Positions 9,365-19,361 of a stretch of DNA of 64,000 nucleotides are shown here, piece by piece. The stretch is from Bryobacterales bacterium. GTDB taxonomy: Bacteria > Acidobacteriota > Terriglobia > Bryobacterales > UBA6623. The position numbers and the translations under genes are program-made. How positions within the stretch are numbered: position 1 is the first letter of the stretch; each line of letters starts with the position of its first letter. The stretch spans positions 3,337,149-3,401,148 of the forward strand of contig CBDFIS010000006.1 of NCBI GenBank assembly GCA_965248205.1, given 5' to 3'. The notes beneath the pieces were generated by a model that saw only the letters and a list, made by a program, of their open reading frames with translations, did no database searches and was not told the DNA's origin.

Positions 9365-9499
9365 ATAGTAACTCTGTAACCCGCAAGGGCTGAGGCACAC
9401 TAAGTGGCGAGTATTGGCAACTAGCCCGCACTAGCCGCACTAACCCGGGCTAACCGAGGGCTAACCGTATTTGTAAGGAACCAAGTTCTAAGCAACTCC

Positions 9500-11182
9500 C
9501 TACACCACCAGCACCTGATGGTCGTGACAATCGGGACTGATCGCCCCGTACAGCCGCTCGATAAAGTCAGGTCCGTGGTGAGCGAGGAACGCAAGGACCG
9601 AATAGACTCGCTCCTGCTGGGTCTTGTTGGGATAGACCAAATTCGACAAGGCTTCGGTCTCACGCTGGACGTCCCCATTCCGGCGAAGGCTTTCGCGCAC
9701 CGCCTTGCCGCGAATCTTTCCCAACTGGTAGAGCATCTTGCCCCGCGCTGTCGAAAGGGCCGAGCTGAGGGTGGAATCGAATGCCGCCAGGCTTTCGTCG
9801 ATGGCGTGGATCGCGCTTTCGATCCCGGCCTCGCCCTGCTTGAAGGCCGTATCGAGGGCTGACGGGAGCAGCCTTTCACCCACGCGCTTGCGCAATGTCT
9901 CCGGACCCTCGAAGCAGTCGGTCACGCTCAGTTTGTGTCGCTGCAGAAAGTCGTGCGCATCGGAATCCAACACGGTGAACGAAGCCCGCGGCAAGATCAC
10001 TGGCATGCGGCCAAGCAGTCGGGTGTAGAGAACTTCTGCCTGCGCCAGATAACAGAGCTCGGTCGGCCCGGCCACGTAGGCGGCTGTCGGCAGGATGAAA
10101 TCTTGAACGACCGGGCGCAGCAACGCGTTCGGTGAGAAATTCTCCGGGCGCTCCTCCAGCCGACCAAGTAACTCCGGCACGGTATAGGAGCCGCTGCCGT
10201 CGGAATAGCCGGCGTCGGTGCGTCGCAAGACCCGACGCTGCTCTTCATCGATCAGAAACACCAGCGCCGTTTCGTCACTCACCTGAACTTGGGCATGGTA
10301 ACCGGCCCCTTCAAGGGCCCGGCCGCGTTCGACGAGAGCCGCGTCCAGCTCGGCGTTCTGCTCGATTGCCTTCCGAAACACCGGTGCCGCCACTCGGCGA
10401 ATCCCCGAGTGCATCGGATCGATCAGGATCAGGCCGTAGCGATCGAACAGACTGCGAAACAAAGCGGCGAAACTCGCACCGAAGCTTGACCCGTCGTGGT
10501 AGGTGCTCGCGGCGCGATCCAAAACGCTCTTCGCGTAGGGAGCGTTCGCCAGGGCGGCCGTGAGAGACTCTGCGGCGTCACCCCCCACTGCAACTCCGCC
10601 CACTGGCTGGTGCGGGCCGGCCTGGGCAGAAGCCTGGAGGCGGATCGGCTGCTTCTGATCGTCGAAGACCCAAACATGATCGACTTCAGCTAGATCATGA
10701 TCCTCGGTAGCGAGCCAGAAAACTGGAACGGCCGAGAGTCCTTCCGCTCGTAGCTGCTCCGCAACGCGAATCGCGGTCAACGCCTTGAAGACCGCAAAGA
10801 CCGGTCCTCCGTAGAGGCCCACTTGCTGGCCGGCTACGACGACGACGGTCCCCTCGCGGCCCAGCATGTCCAGATGAGCGGCCGTCGGCTGCCCAGCTTC
10901 GGCGTTCTGTTCACGGAGCGTCTCGACGAGCGCCCGGCGATGTGCCGGGGCGATCTGAACTCCGCTGGCCGCCGACGCGACTGCGGACGGCTGAGGCGCA
11001 TACCTGTAGTAAGCCGCGACCCGCTCAAAATCGTAAAGAAAATCGGTGAATAAGGGGGTCGAAGAGGGCAGGTCCGTATGCTTGATACAAATGCCGTTGA
11101 TGCTGCTCAAAACAACGCCTTTCCTTAATCTTTCAGAACTGCAAGCAATGGGGAAGCGGCCTGGGATTTCGGGCCGCTGCAC
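9500..11182 (-). CDS. bshC: bacillithiol biosynthesis cysteine-adding enzyme BshC-like (UPF0747)
   Basis: GQQVGLYGGPVFAVFKALTAIRVAEQL...PVFWLATEDHDLAEVDH is the hallmark BshC core. The length (560 aa) fits. The N-terminal start is uncertain. Confidence 0.7.
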   Translation of the reverse strand: MQRPEIPGRFPIACSSERLRKGVVLSSINGICIKHTDLPSSTPLFTDFLYDFERVAAYYRYAPQPSAVASAASGVQIAPAHRRALVETLREQNAEAGQPTAAHLDMLGREGTVVVVAGQQVGLYGGPVFAVFKALTAIRVAEQLRAEGLSAVPVFWLATEDHDLAEVDHVWVFDDQKQPIRLQASAQAGPHQPVGGVAVGGDAAESLTAALANAPYAKSVLDRAASTYHDGSSFGASFAALFRSLFDRYGLILIDPMHSGIRRVAAPVFRKAIEQNAELDAALVERGRALEGAGYHAQVQVSDETALVFLIDEEQRRVLRRTDAGYSDGSGSYTVPELLGRLEERPENFSPNALLRPVVQDFILPTAAYVAGPTELCYLAQAEVLYTRLLGRMPVILPRASFTVLDSDAHDFLQRHKLSVTDCFEGPETLRKRVGERLLPSALDTAFKQGEAGIESAIHAIDESLAAFDSTLSSALSTARGKMLYQLGKIRGKAVRESLRRNGDVQRETEALSNLVYPNKTQQERVYSVLAFLAHHGPDFIERLYGAISPDCHDHQVLVV

Positions 11183-11316
11183 GGCATCAACGACCGAGCA
11201 GAGTGGAAAACAACCTCTCGAAATCAGAATAGCAGAACACCTGTTGGGCGGCGGGAGGGCAGGCGGGCACAGCGTGCTGCGCTCTTACAGGTCTGTTGGG
11301 TGGAGAAGTAGGGGCA

Positions 11317-11358
11317 CGACATGTCGCGGCCTTTCCAGCATCGCGAGTTTCCGACCGG
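11317..11358 (+). repeat. 42-nt core of dispersed repeat family C, copy 1
   Basis: cgacatgtcgcggcctttccagcatcgcgagtttccgaccgg matches the reverse complement of 44828-44869 at 37 of 42 positions. Confidence 0.65.
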
Positions 11359-11456
11359 AGTAAATACACGTAGTAACCGCAGCACGGTCCGAAGCTTCTC
11401 AACACCGAAGAAGGGTCCGTCAACTGGCCGAGCCACCCGCGCTCCTTGCCACTCCA

Positions 11457-12626
11457 ATGACTCTTGATAAACTCATGACTGGGCCAGGTCGGCCTGTCGA
11501 TTCTAAAGGGGCCAATTTGACAGGCGTCTACATTTCGTTCCCCTTTTGCCAACAAAAGTGTACCTACTGTAACTTTTCATCCGGTGTTTTCCCTCGAGAT
11601 CTCGTTCCGGCCTACCTTGACACGCTGATCGCCGAAATCGAAGCTGCTGAATTCCCCTCCGAGCCGGATACGCTCTACCTGGGTGGAGGGACGCCAAGCC
11701 TACTCGAAATCCCCCAGCTTGCCGGCGTTCTCGCCGCGCTTCCCGCGGTCAACTGGCGGGAGGCCACCATCGAGGCCAGCCCCACGACGGTGACCCAGGA
11801 AAAGGCATCCGGCTGGGCTCGGTTGGGAATCAACCGCGTGAGTCTCGGAGTGCAGTCGTTTGTGCCCACGGAGGCCGCCGCCACAGGCCGCAAACATACC
11901 CCAGAGGTGGTGGCCGAGGAGATCTCCCTGCTGAAACGGGAGGGAATAGAGAACGTAAATATTGATCTGATCGCGGGTCTGCCCCACCAGACGAAGCAAA
12001 GCTGGCAAACCTCGCTCGATTGGGTTTCGAGACTCCTACCGCCCCATGTCTCAGTCTACATGCTCGAAGTCGACGACGAGAGCCTGCTCGGCGAGGAGCT
12101 GCGTCGAGGGGGCAACCGGTACGCGGCTGGTGACGTTCCCAGCGACGGGGAGACCGCCGACTTCTACTCTGCGGCCGCAGACCGTCTAGCGCAGATGTCA
12201 ATCTTTCGGTACGAGATTTCTAACTTCGCTAAGCCGGGCCACGAGTCGGCCCACAACCTCAAATATTGGAACATGGAAACATATCTTGGGTTCGGCTCCG
12301 ACGCCCATTCCTTCGACGGCAAGAAGCGCTGGGCGAATGCCTCTGCGCCAGCCGAATACGTCGACCGTTTCCGGGCTGAGGGAAGTGCAAGGGTCCAGGT
12401 CTCACAGATCGACGGGAACCGCAGGGTAGAAGAGCGGCTCATGACCGGGCTGCGGCAAACGTCCGGGATTCGTTTTTCTCCCAACGAGTTTGCTGCCTAC
12501 GAACTGCAATTGGAAGCCATGGCGGCGAACGGTTGGCTGGAGCTAACCCGAGATAACACCTGGCGTCTGACACCCGCCGGAGTCATGTTCTCGAACGAAG
12601 TGTTTCAGCAGTTTCTCCGAGACTAG
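11457..12626 (+). CDS. hemW: radical SAM heme chaperone HemW / HemN-like oxygen-independent coproporphyrinogen oxidase family
   Basis: GVYISFPFCQQKCTYCNF (CxxxCxxC), YLGGGTPS, and a HemN_C-like C-terminus. Confidence 0.8.
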   Translation: MTLDKLMTGPGRPVDSKGANLTGVYISFPFCQQKCTYCNFSSGVFPRDLVPAYLDTLIAEIEAAEFPSEPDTLYLGGGTPSLLEIPQLAGVLAALPAVNWREATIEASPTTVTQEKASGWARLGINRVSLGVQSFVPTEAAATGRKHTPEVVAEEISLLKREGIENVNIDLIAGLPHQTKQSWQTSLDWVSRLLPPHVSVYMLEVDDESLLGEELRRGGNRYAAGDVPSDGETADFYSAAADRLAQMSIFRYEISNFAKPGHESAHNLKYWNMETYLGFGSDAHSFDGKKRWANASAPAEYVDRFRAEGSARVQVSQIDGNRRVEERLMTGLRQTSGIRFSPNEFAAYELQLEAMAANGWLELTRDNTWRLTPAGVMFSNEVFQQFLRD

Positions 12627-12701
12627 CCGTGTCCGAAGCTCCTTGACCGCCCTCGACGTGTTGTGGCTCAGCCCCGTCGCCGTGGGTGATAATCAAGTGC
12701 T

Positions 12702-13736
12702 ATGAACGAGCTGGTTGATCTTCGAAGCGACACGGTCACTCGCCCTACGCCCGAGATGCGGCGCGCCATGGCCGAGGCGGAAGTCGGCGACGACGTATTC
12801 GGTGAGGATCCGACGATGAATCGGCTTGAGGCGCGTGCCGCCGAGATCATAGGCAAGCAGGCCTCCCTTTTTGTGCCTTCGGGGACGATGGGAAACCAGA
12901 TCGCCGTCAACGTGCATACCTCCCCCGGTCACGAAATGATCTGTGACGAGCGGTCACACGTAGTGCTCTATGAGATGGGGGGGCCGGCGAAGCTTTCGAA
13001 CTGCGTCACGCGCACGGTTGCCACCGACGACGGGATCTTACACTGGGCCGAGATTCGCGGACGAATTCGGCCGGCCAGCGATCATTATCTGGGAACGGGC
13101 CTTATCTCAATCGAAAACAGCCACAATGTCGCGGGCGGCCGAGTTTACCCGGCGGGCGTGATCGAAGAGCTTTGCGAGGGGGCGCACGCTGCAGGAGTTC
13201 GTGTCCACATGGACGGTGCGCGCATCTTCAACGCCGCCACGCACTCCGGCCGTCGCGTTGATGACGTGGCCGCCCCGGTCGACTCGGTCATGTTTTGCCT
13301 GTCGAAGGGCCTGGGCGCTCCGGTTGGGTCGATGCTCGCCGGCAGCCGCGAGTTCATCGACCAGGCGCGGTTAGTTCGAAAGGCCCTGGGCGGCGGCATG
13401 CGTCAGGCGGGGGTGCTGGCCGCGGCGGGTTTAGTGGCGCTCGAAAATTCACCCGCGGACTTGCCGACTGATCACGAGAATGCCCGCTATCTAGCCGAGT
13501 CCTTGGCGGAGATGCTCGGCATCGAGATCGATCCGACAACCGTCGAAACCAACATCGTCATATTCGATGTTTCCGGGACCGGCATGACGAGCGACGAGTT
13601 TTGCTCGCGTCTCAAGCAGAGAGAGGTTCTCGCCATCGGCCTCGACCAGCACCGAACTCGGATGGTCGCTCACCACGACGTCAACCGCGAAGGCTGCGAG
13701 AAGGCCGTAGCCGCGGTTAGCGAGATTGTGCACTAG
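12702..13736 (+). CDS. ltaE: low-specificity L-threonine aldolase
   Basis: [43 protein letters not shown] and a PLP-lysine context ([12 protein letters not shown]). Confidence 0.85.
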   Translation: MNELVDLRSDTVTRPTPEMRRAMAEAEVGDDVFGEDPTMNRLEARAAEIIGKQASLFVPSGTMGNQIAVNVHTSPGHEMICDERSHVVLYEMGGPAKLSNCVTRTVATDDGILHWAEIRGRIRPASDHYLGTGLISIENSHNVAGGRVYPAGVIEELCEGAHAAGVRVHMDGARIFNAATHSGRRVDDVAAPVDSVMFCLSKGLGAPVGSMLAGSREFIDQARLVRKALGGGMRQAGVLAAAGLVALENSPADLPTDHENARYLAESLAEMLGIEIDPTTVETNIVIFDVSGTGMTSDEFCSRLKQREVLAIGLDQHRTRMVAHHDVNREGCEKAVAAVSEIVH

Positions 13737-13820
13737 CAAGGTCCCGGAGGCCGGGAAAGAACCACCTACAGCCGCGGCTGGCCACGGTGTGCTGCGGCCC
13801 CTACCCGGTCGGCAGGGGAG

Positions 13821-14333
13821 CTAGCGCAGCCAGACCCTTCCGCGCATGGCCTTGTAGACCATCCCGATCCCCAAGACGATCAGTAATAGCGGCCACAGAT
13901 GCCACACGTCGGAGCGGACAATCCCGAAATTGGCAAGTTGGAACCAAATCCCTGCCAAAATAGCGACGACGCCGAATGACGCACCCCAACCGTGCCGGCG
14001 TGGGCCCGTGAGTTGATAGAGTCCGATTCCGACAAGAATCAAAGGCCAGTAAAGCTTAAGATCAGCGAGATGGAAGGACAGCAAATCGAGGTTGGAAAGT
14101 TGCAACCCGATCCCTGTCGCGAGAACGACAGCACCCAAGCCACGGCCGCGGCGCGACGGGTCCAAGGCCCGATGGATCCCGAAAGCGACGAGCAGCAAGG
14201 GCCAATACCTTTCCAGCCCCCCCAATTGGTAGACGTCGAGGTTGTTAAGGACGAGCAAGACTCCCAACCCGGCAATCAGCAAGCCCGGCAAGATGCGGGC
14301 CGTAGCGTGGCGACGGTTTCTCAACAGGGGCAT
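13821..14333 (-). CDS. polytopic membrane protein with internally repeated LiaF/DUF5668-like segments
   Basis: Three repeats of the pattern L..YWPL(L/I)LV..G; highly hydrophobic. Confidence 0.55.
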   Translation of the reverse strand: MPLLRNRRHATARILPGLLIAGLGVLLVLNNLDVYQLGGLERYWPLLLVAFGIHRALDPSRRGRGLGAVVLATGIGLQLSNLDLLSFHLADLKLYWPLILVGIGLYQLTGPRRHGWGASFGVVAILAGIWFQLANFGIVRSDVWHLWPLLLIVLGIGMVYKAMRGRVWLR

Positions 14334-14507
14334 GATCCTCTCAGGCCAACAAGGGTTGGGCCCCCGTCATCATATCAACCAAGGCAGTGCGTTCGAACGC
14401 CGAGCACGGCACTACGGGGGGGCGTTGAGCATGAAATTCCATGACTATTTAGGGTCGGGCGACCTGCCTTTTCTGCCTGGGTAATACGGGCCGTAAACGT
14501 TCCTGTT

Positions 14508-15203
14508 TCACAAATAGAAAAGACTCAGACGGGGAAGTCCCGCCGCTTGCAAACATTCTCTTTCCAGGTATTGCCTTTCAAGCCGCGCCAGTTGTTCGCC
14601 GGTCATTTTGTGGCGATGAGGGGCGAGTTGGCGGTCCATTTCTCGCCGGGCCGACAGCATCGCCTCTTCGGAAGCTTCCTGTATAGCGGCAGCAATGAGC
14701 TTTCCTTCGAGCACAGCCAAGCGCTGCTCGACGGCTTCCGTGTCGGACAACTCTTCGTCCGGGGCGGTGGCTAACTGCTCGAGCGCCTGCGATGTTCGAT
14801 GGTAGAGTGCCGAATTCTCAGGCTTCTTTTGAGCTTGTGTTTGCTCGATCAGGCCGGCATTGCGGAGAAAGTAAGCGCGCAATTCCTGGTGCGGAAATGA
14901 CTGTTCGACTTCCGCGGACCCCGCCCCGTCGACTTCCTCGGACAGCCGGCGGGCGGCGTCCAAAACCTCCTGGGTGCAATAGGCCAAGGAGTTGACGGTC
15001 CGTACGCGGCGTTTGCGAGCGCGCCACTTCTCAAACGCCCGGTCAATGCCCTTGCGAACCGCCGCCAGCGGGATTCCAGCGTCTTTCCAGGTTTCGATCA
15101 GGGCCCAATCGAGAGGCGACAGTAGGAACGTTGCGGTGCCGCGGGCGCGCTGAAAGTGCTCTTCAATTTCCGTGAAATAGTTGAAATAGTTCACCGCGCC
15201 CAA
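14508..15203 (-). CDS. hypothetical protein (DnaD-like N-terminal helix pattern, coiled-coil C-terminus)
   Basis: The long ORF has plausible composition (FTEIEEHFQRARG...LSPLDWALIETWKDAGIPL). No firm family assignment. Confidence 0.5.
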   Translation of the reverse strand: MGAVNYFNYFTEIEEHFQRARGTATFLLSPLDWALIETWKDAGIPLAAVRKGIDRAFEKWRARKRRVRTVNSLAYCTQEVLDAARRLSEEVDGAGSAEVEQSFPHQELRAYFLRNAGLIEQTQAQKKPENSALYHRTSQALEQLATAPDEELSDTEAVEQRLAVLEGKLIAAAIQEASEEAMLSARREMDRQLAPHRHKMTGEQLARLERQYLERECLQAAGLPRLSLFYL

Positions 15204-17731
15204 TAGTAGAGACCGTTAAACAGCATCTTGAAAGTCGCGTAGGACTGGCCGCGGTATTGCGGCCGAATACCGAACAGGACGAGGTGGCCCCGGCCGATCG
15301 CGACGTCCACCACCGCGGCACGGTTTGAGAGGTGCTCCTGCCCCAGCAGCCAGCCCGATGCCAAGATGTCGTGTTGTGGGAATTGGAGTACGGCGGCAGC
15401 CTGGCGACCCTCCCCCGTGTCCCAAGTCTCGAAGGCGGGCCCGGACTGGAACCACACGGCTTCGCTTGGCCTCATGCCAAAGCACAGCGGATGGGAGGTG
15501 TCGACGGTGACGTTCAGCAATGATCCGGGTGCGTAGAGTTTTTCGTTGTCGAGGCCGCTCAGCACGTTCCGAACGGGAGGGTTCAGTCGCTCAAGCGCGT
15601 ATACGGAGGCCCGGTTGAAGGCCAGGATCGTGCCGCCCTCGTCGACAAAGCTTCGCAGTGACCGGGCCCCTTCATTCTCAATGCCCCCGCAGAACTCCGG
15701 CGGAACCTCGGCCCCGCCATTGTACAAAGCGCCCTGAAGATAGCCGGCGTGAAGCGTTGTGGGACGGGCATCAGGCAAGATGATGACGTCAAAGTCCTGA
15801 TTGAGATTCCCTTGCTGGATCCGTTTGCTTGACAGCGAGCTAAAGGGAAACTCGAACTCTTCCAGGACCCACCGTGTCCAGCCTTCGTCGATGGTCGGGG
15901 AGTGCCCGCGGTAGACTCCGACGCGAGAGCGGCTGAGAAGCTGATGCTCGGCGGGATCTCCGCTCCAACCTCCGAACACCAAGCCGAGCTCATCCGCTAG
16001 GGCCGGAAGCAGCTCGCCGACCGCTCCCTTCCGGGGGACGTAGAAGATACCGTTGCGCCGATTGCGATAGACCTCAGCACCCATCCCGAGTAGCCGATTT
16101 ACAGCTTTCCAGGAATTGCCTAGCGCCGGAGACAAGGCCACCACTGGGGTGTCAGCCACGAAGCCCGGTTGGGGTCCTACCTTCTTCACGCGCTCCAGTG
16201 TGACCTCCACGCGTTCGTCGATCCGGACCGCTTCAACTCCCTTCAGCAGAGGTAGCGAGTGGGCAGTCACATCGTACGGTTTGAGCGGAGGCCCCCCTGG
16301 GTATTCCCGCAAGTCCGGGTATTGCTGCTGTTCCAGCAGCGTCGCGGCGAACGAACCGTAGGGCTGACCCATCCGAATCACGTAATCGCCCTTCGGGAAC
16401 AGCCGCCCGGTCGCTCGAAAGTCCTCTTCGGAACGGTCGATTTCGACCATGCCGAACTCCAGGATCTTTAGCAGCCGCGTCATCGCGTTGGCATCGTGCT
16501 GGGAGCGAGGAATCACGAATGCCCAAGGAGAGTCTTCTTCTATCGTTCGCCGGCCGATGCGATAAAAGTTCTCGAGCAACTCGGTACGGTGAAGGGCGGC
16601 GTTGTAAAGGCAAGAGTCGAACGTAATCAATTGGTAGTCGATGATATCGCTCAGCGTCCACTCCCCACCGGGCCAGGGTTCAAGAAAATTCCAGCTTCGC
16701 TGACGGGCATTGTAGCCACGGTCGCGCGTCTGAAGAGACGAAAAAGGCACCGTAACGGGTGTGGCGTAGCGCACGCTGGCCGCTTCACTGAGCAAACGCA
16801 TGCCGCCGTGATAGCTCTGATAGTGTCGCGCCGGCGCGAAATAGTCATAGATGCCGTGCACGACGACCCCCTTCTTGCCGGCGGCAGTCAGGTCAACGGC
16901 CATCGCTGCGCCGAGCATGTTGACTTGCTGAGCGATGAGCGGGTCGATGTTCGGGTCGATCGGATCCATCCACGGCGGAACGAACATCCTGGCTCCTTGA
17001 GAGCCCATTTGGTGGACGTCGTAGACGATCTGCGGATGCCAGACATTGTGAGCCTTCTCTACGGCCAATCGGGTCTCGACTTGCGTAAACGCATACCAAT
17101 CTCGATTGTTATCGTGGCCCGTATACTTGTGGTAGAGCTCTGTCATGGGCGCGCCTTCGTAAGGCGTTCCGAGGTAGCGTTTGTACCAAGCTGCTACTTT
17201 GTCCACGCCGTCAGGATTCAGTGACGGAATCAAAAGGAAGATCGTGTCTTGTAAGATGCGCCGGTTCCGGGTTGTATCTTCGGTGAGCAATTTGTAGACG
17301 AATTCGACGGCCGTGTGTGTCGAAGCGACTTCGTCCGAGTGGATAGAGCAAGTAATCAGCACCACCACCTTGCCCTCGGCGATAAGTGCTTCGGCTTCTT
17401 CTTGCGATGTGTTACGGGGGTCGGCTAGCCGAGCTTGAATTTCCCGATAGCGGTCGAGGTCGTTTAGCGTTTCGGGATCGGCGATGGTCGCTAGAATAAA
17501 CGGGCGGCCCTCGGTGCTCTTGCCCAACTCGCGGACCACAATCTGGTCGCTCTCGGTTTCCAGTCGCCGGAAATAGCGGACCACCTCGTCCCACTCGATG
17601 AGTTCACGGTCGGCGCCCATGCGGTGTCCGAAGTGGGACTCCGGTGAAGGGATGCCAACCGTCTCCGGAAAGGCAACCGAGGCGAGGGCTAGCAGACCCG
17701 TCGAGAGTCGAACCAAAGAACGCATCGCCAC
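15191..17731 (-). CDS. M14-family zinc carboxypeptidase-like protein, secreted
   Basis: Signal peptide, CSIHSDEVAS (zinc-ligand HxxE context), IPSLNPDG, YTGHDNNRDW. 846 aa with a large C-terminal extension. Confidence 0.75.
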   Translation of the reverse strand: MAMRSLVRLSTGLLALASVAFPETVGIPSPESHFGHRMGADRELIEWDEVVRYFRRLETESDQIVVRELGKSTEGRPFILATIADPETLNDLDRYREIQARLADPRNTSQEEAEALIAEGKVVVLITCSIHSDEVASTHTAVEFVYKLLTEDTTRNRRILQDTIFLLIPSLNPDGVDKVAAWYKRYLGTPYEGAPMTELYHKYTGHDNNRDWYAFTQVETRLAVEKAHNVWHPQIVYDVHQMGSQGARMFVPPWMDPIDPNIDPLIAQQVNMLGAAMAVDLTAAGKKGVVVHGIYDYFAPARHYQSYHGGMRLLSEAASVRYATPVTVPFSSLQTRDRGYNARQRSWNFLEPWPGGEWTLSDIIDYQLITFDSCLYNAALHRTELLENFYRIGRRTIEEDSPWAFVIPRSQHDANAMTRLLKILEFGMVEIDRSEEDFRATGRLFPKGDYVIRMGQPYGSFAATLLEQQQYPDLREYPGGPPLKPYDVTAHSLPLLKGVEAVRIDERVEVTLERVKKVGPQPGFVADTPVVALSPALGNSWKAVNRLLGMGAEVYRNRRNGIFYVPRKGAVGELLPALADELGLVFGGWSGDPAEHQLLSRSRVGVYRGHSPTIDEGWTRWVLEEFEFPFSSLSSKRIQQGNLNQDFDVIILPDARPTTLHAGYLQGALYNGGAEVPPEFCGGIENEGARSLRSFVDEGGTILAFNRASVYALERLNPPVRNVLSGLDNEKLYAPGSLLNVTVDTSHPLCFGMRPSEAVWFQSGPAFETWDTGEGRQAAAVLQFPQHDILASGWLLGQEHLSNRAAVVDVAIGRGHLVLFGIRPQYRGQSYATFKMLFNGLYYWAR

Positions 17732-17804
17732 TACTCACTATATAGCGAATGCTCCCGGTTGCCTCAGCCGCCAAGCGAGGTTCAGATGAAGCGGCCCCGT
17801 TCGA

Positions 17805-18368
17805 CTATTTAGGGCGGCTGGATACCGTCGGAGGGCCGAGGTGTTTCTCGAGTATCCCGAACAGGCCTTCATCTTCGAAGATGCTTCGCTGGAAGGCGTT
17901 GTAGCCGTAGTCCTCGACGATCCAGCCCTTAGGGTCTATCAAGAAAAAGTGAGGGACGTTGATTTCGGGTTTGCCGGGCACTACCTTGGGAAAAAGATAG
18001 GAGGCCGCAACTTGTCCGCAGTCGAATAGCATCAGTTGGTTGATGCGGTTCCGGGCCTTGTAGGTCTGGACGCTTCGCGGCGTATCGGGAGGGTTGACGA
18101 TATCGATGATCAGCAGGCGGCCCGCGTATCTCGCTTCAGCCTCGGCGAGTATCTTCGAGAAGGTGCCGCAGTGGGGACAGCCCGTGTTCATGATATTTAC
18201 GATGGCGTACTTGCCGCGATACCTCGACAATGAATGCTGTCGGCGGTCTTGATCAACGAGGGTGAAGCCGGGCGCCCTGCGGTTAGATAGCTCGCCCGCG
18301 GCCCAGCTGGTCGCCGCAAAAGCAACTGCCATGACGAAAGCGGTGAAGCGTGCGCGCATAATTGTCAC
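17805..18368 (-). CDS. TlpA/redoxin-family thiol:disulfide oxidoreductase, exported
   Basis: Signal peptide plus a thioredoxin-fold CxxC (NTGCPHCGTF). Confidence 0.75.
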   Translation of the reverse strand: MTIMRARFTAFVMAVAFAATSWAAGELSNRRAPGFTLVDQDRRQHSLSRYRGKYAIVNIMNTGCPHCGTFSKILAEAEARYAGRLLIIDIVNPPDTPRSVQTYKARNRINQLMLFDCGQVAASYLFPKVVPGKPEINVPHFFLIDPKGWIVEDYGYNAFQRSIFEDEGLFGILEKHLGPPTVSSRPK

Positions 18369-18607
18369 CTTAGCATAAAGGTTTGGGGGGCTAAGCCAGC
18401 GGCGTCCTGGAAGATACGTGTCTTGGGACAGGCAACCAAACGAACCTCGTCCGCGCCGCGAAGATGGTCGGGTTTTCGGGCGTCGGATCCCCGAACGGGG
18501 AACCGTCGGGGGTCAATGGACGGCCGCAGACGCGGTTGGCCGCCTCCGAAATCTTCTCACACCTTCCTGTCACCTTTTTTGAGCCCGCGGATTCTCACCA
18601 CAGGCCC

Positions 18608-19361
18608 CTAGTCCAGGACATCGCTCTTCGTTAGCCCGACGTTGACCTGGATGTTAGAAGTAGTTGCTTCGAGAGCCCATTCCCTGTTGCGAAGAACCCG
18701 CCTTTTGTGGTGCCAGCGGTAGCCGCCAGCCCCTCTGAAGTCGGAATAGATTTCCTCGACTCTGGCTAGCCCCCCCGGCGTGTCGCCGATGAACGTTTTC
18801 TTGATTACATCATCGGTTTCCGAGTCGATGAACAACTGCACGGGCATGCCCCCAACGTTATAGATTTCAATCACGTTGGTTTGCCGACCTTCGATCTCTT
18901 GTTGCCGCAGAAACCGCACGTCGGTGGGATCCGGCGGGTCAGCGATCAACACGTGAGCGCGTGCCAGATCCGCCCGAAAGCGTTCGACCTGCTCATCCGG
19001 CAAGAAGCGGGAGTCGTTCGGCAGCAGCTGAAATCCCCTCGTGCCGTCGAAGACCATGATCACTGTTGCCTGTTCGGTTTGAATTTCCTGTCGAACGAGG
19101 TTGGGGATTCAGATAGTACTGCTTGCTGCGGAATTCACCCTCCTGCCCTTCAGCATTCTTGATCCGTGTGACACGCTCTAGACTGTAATCCCGAACAGGG
19201 TGGCTGTCAGGACCCGCTCCCGCGGCTGCTCGAGCTCGCTGGTAAATGCTCCAGCCTTGTTCTTTCGCGTCTTCGGACACCAGGTTGGGCGTCCAGGCGA
19301 TGAGGCCCAGTAGCACTGCCAGGCCGAGAAAGGAATAAGGATGTCTTATCATTAGAGCCAT
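18608..19361 (-). pseudogene. LolA-like / outer-membrane lipoprotein-sorting-type exported protein interrupted by a frameshift in a C4 run
   Basis: The signal-peptide-bearing N-terminal ORF (19361..18993) and the C-terminal ORF (19063..18608) overlap in different frames. The C-terminal frame stays protein-like upstream (IPNLVRQEIQTEQATVIMVFDG) as far as a stop at 19111-19109. Skipping one C of cccc (plus-strand GGGG, 19103-19106) fuses ...SKQYYLNP to NLVRQEIQ... Confidence 0.6.

Noticed and set aside
11317-11358. Sigma-54 promoter within repeat family C (contains TGG...GC)
   Set aside because: Spacing and bases do not fit TGGCAC-N5-TTGC. An ECF-type GAAC...CGCGAC reading is possible, but too speculative to call.
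16496-17224. 242-aa plus-strand ORF
   Set aside because: It is antisense to the M14 peptidase gene and has no motif.
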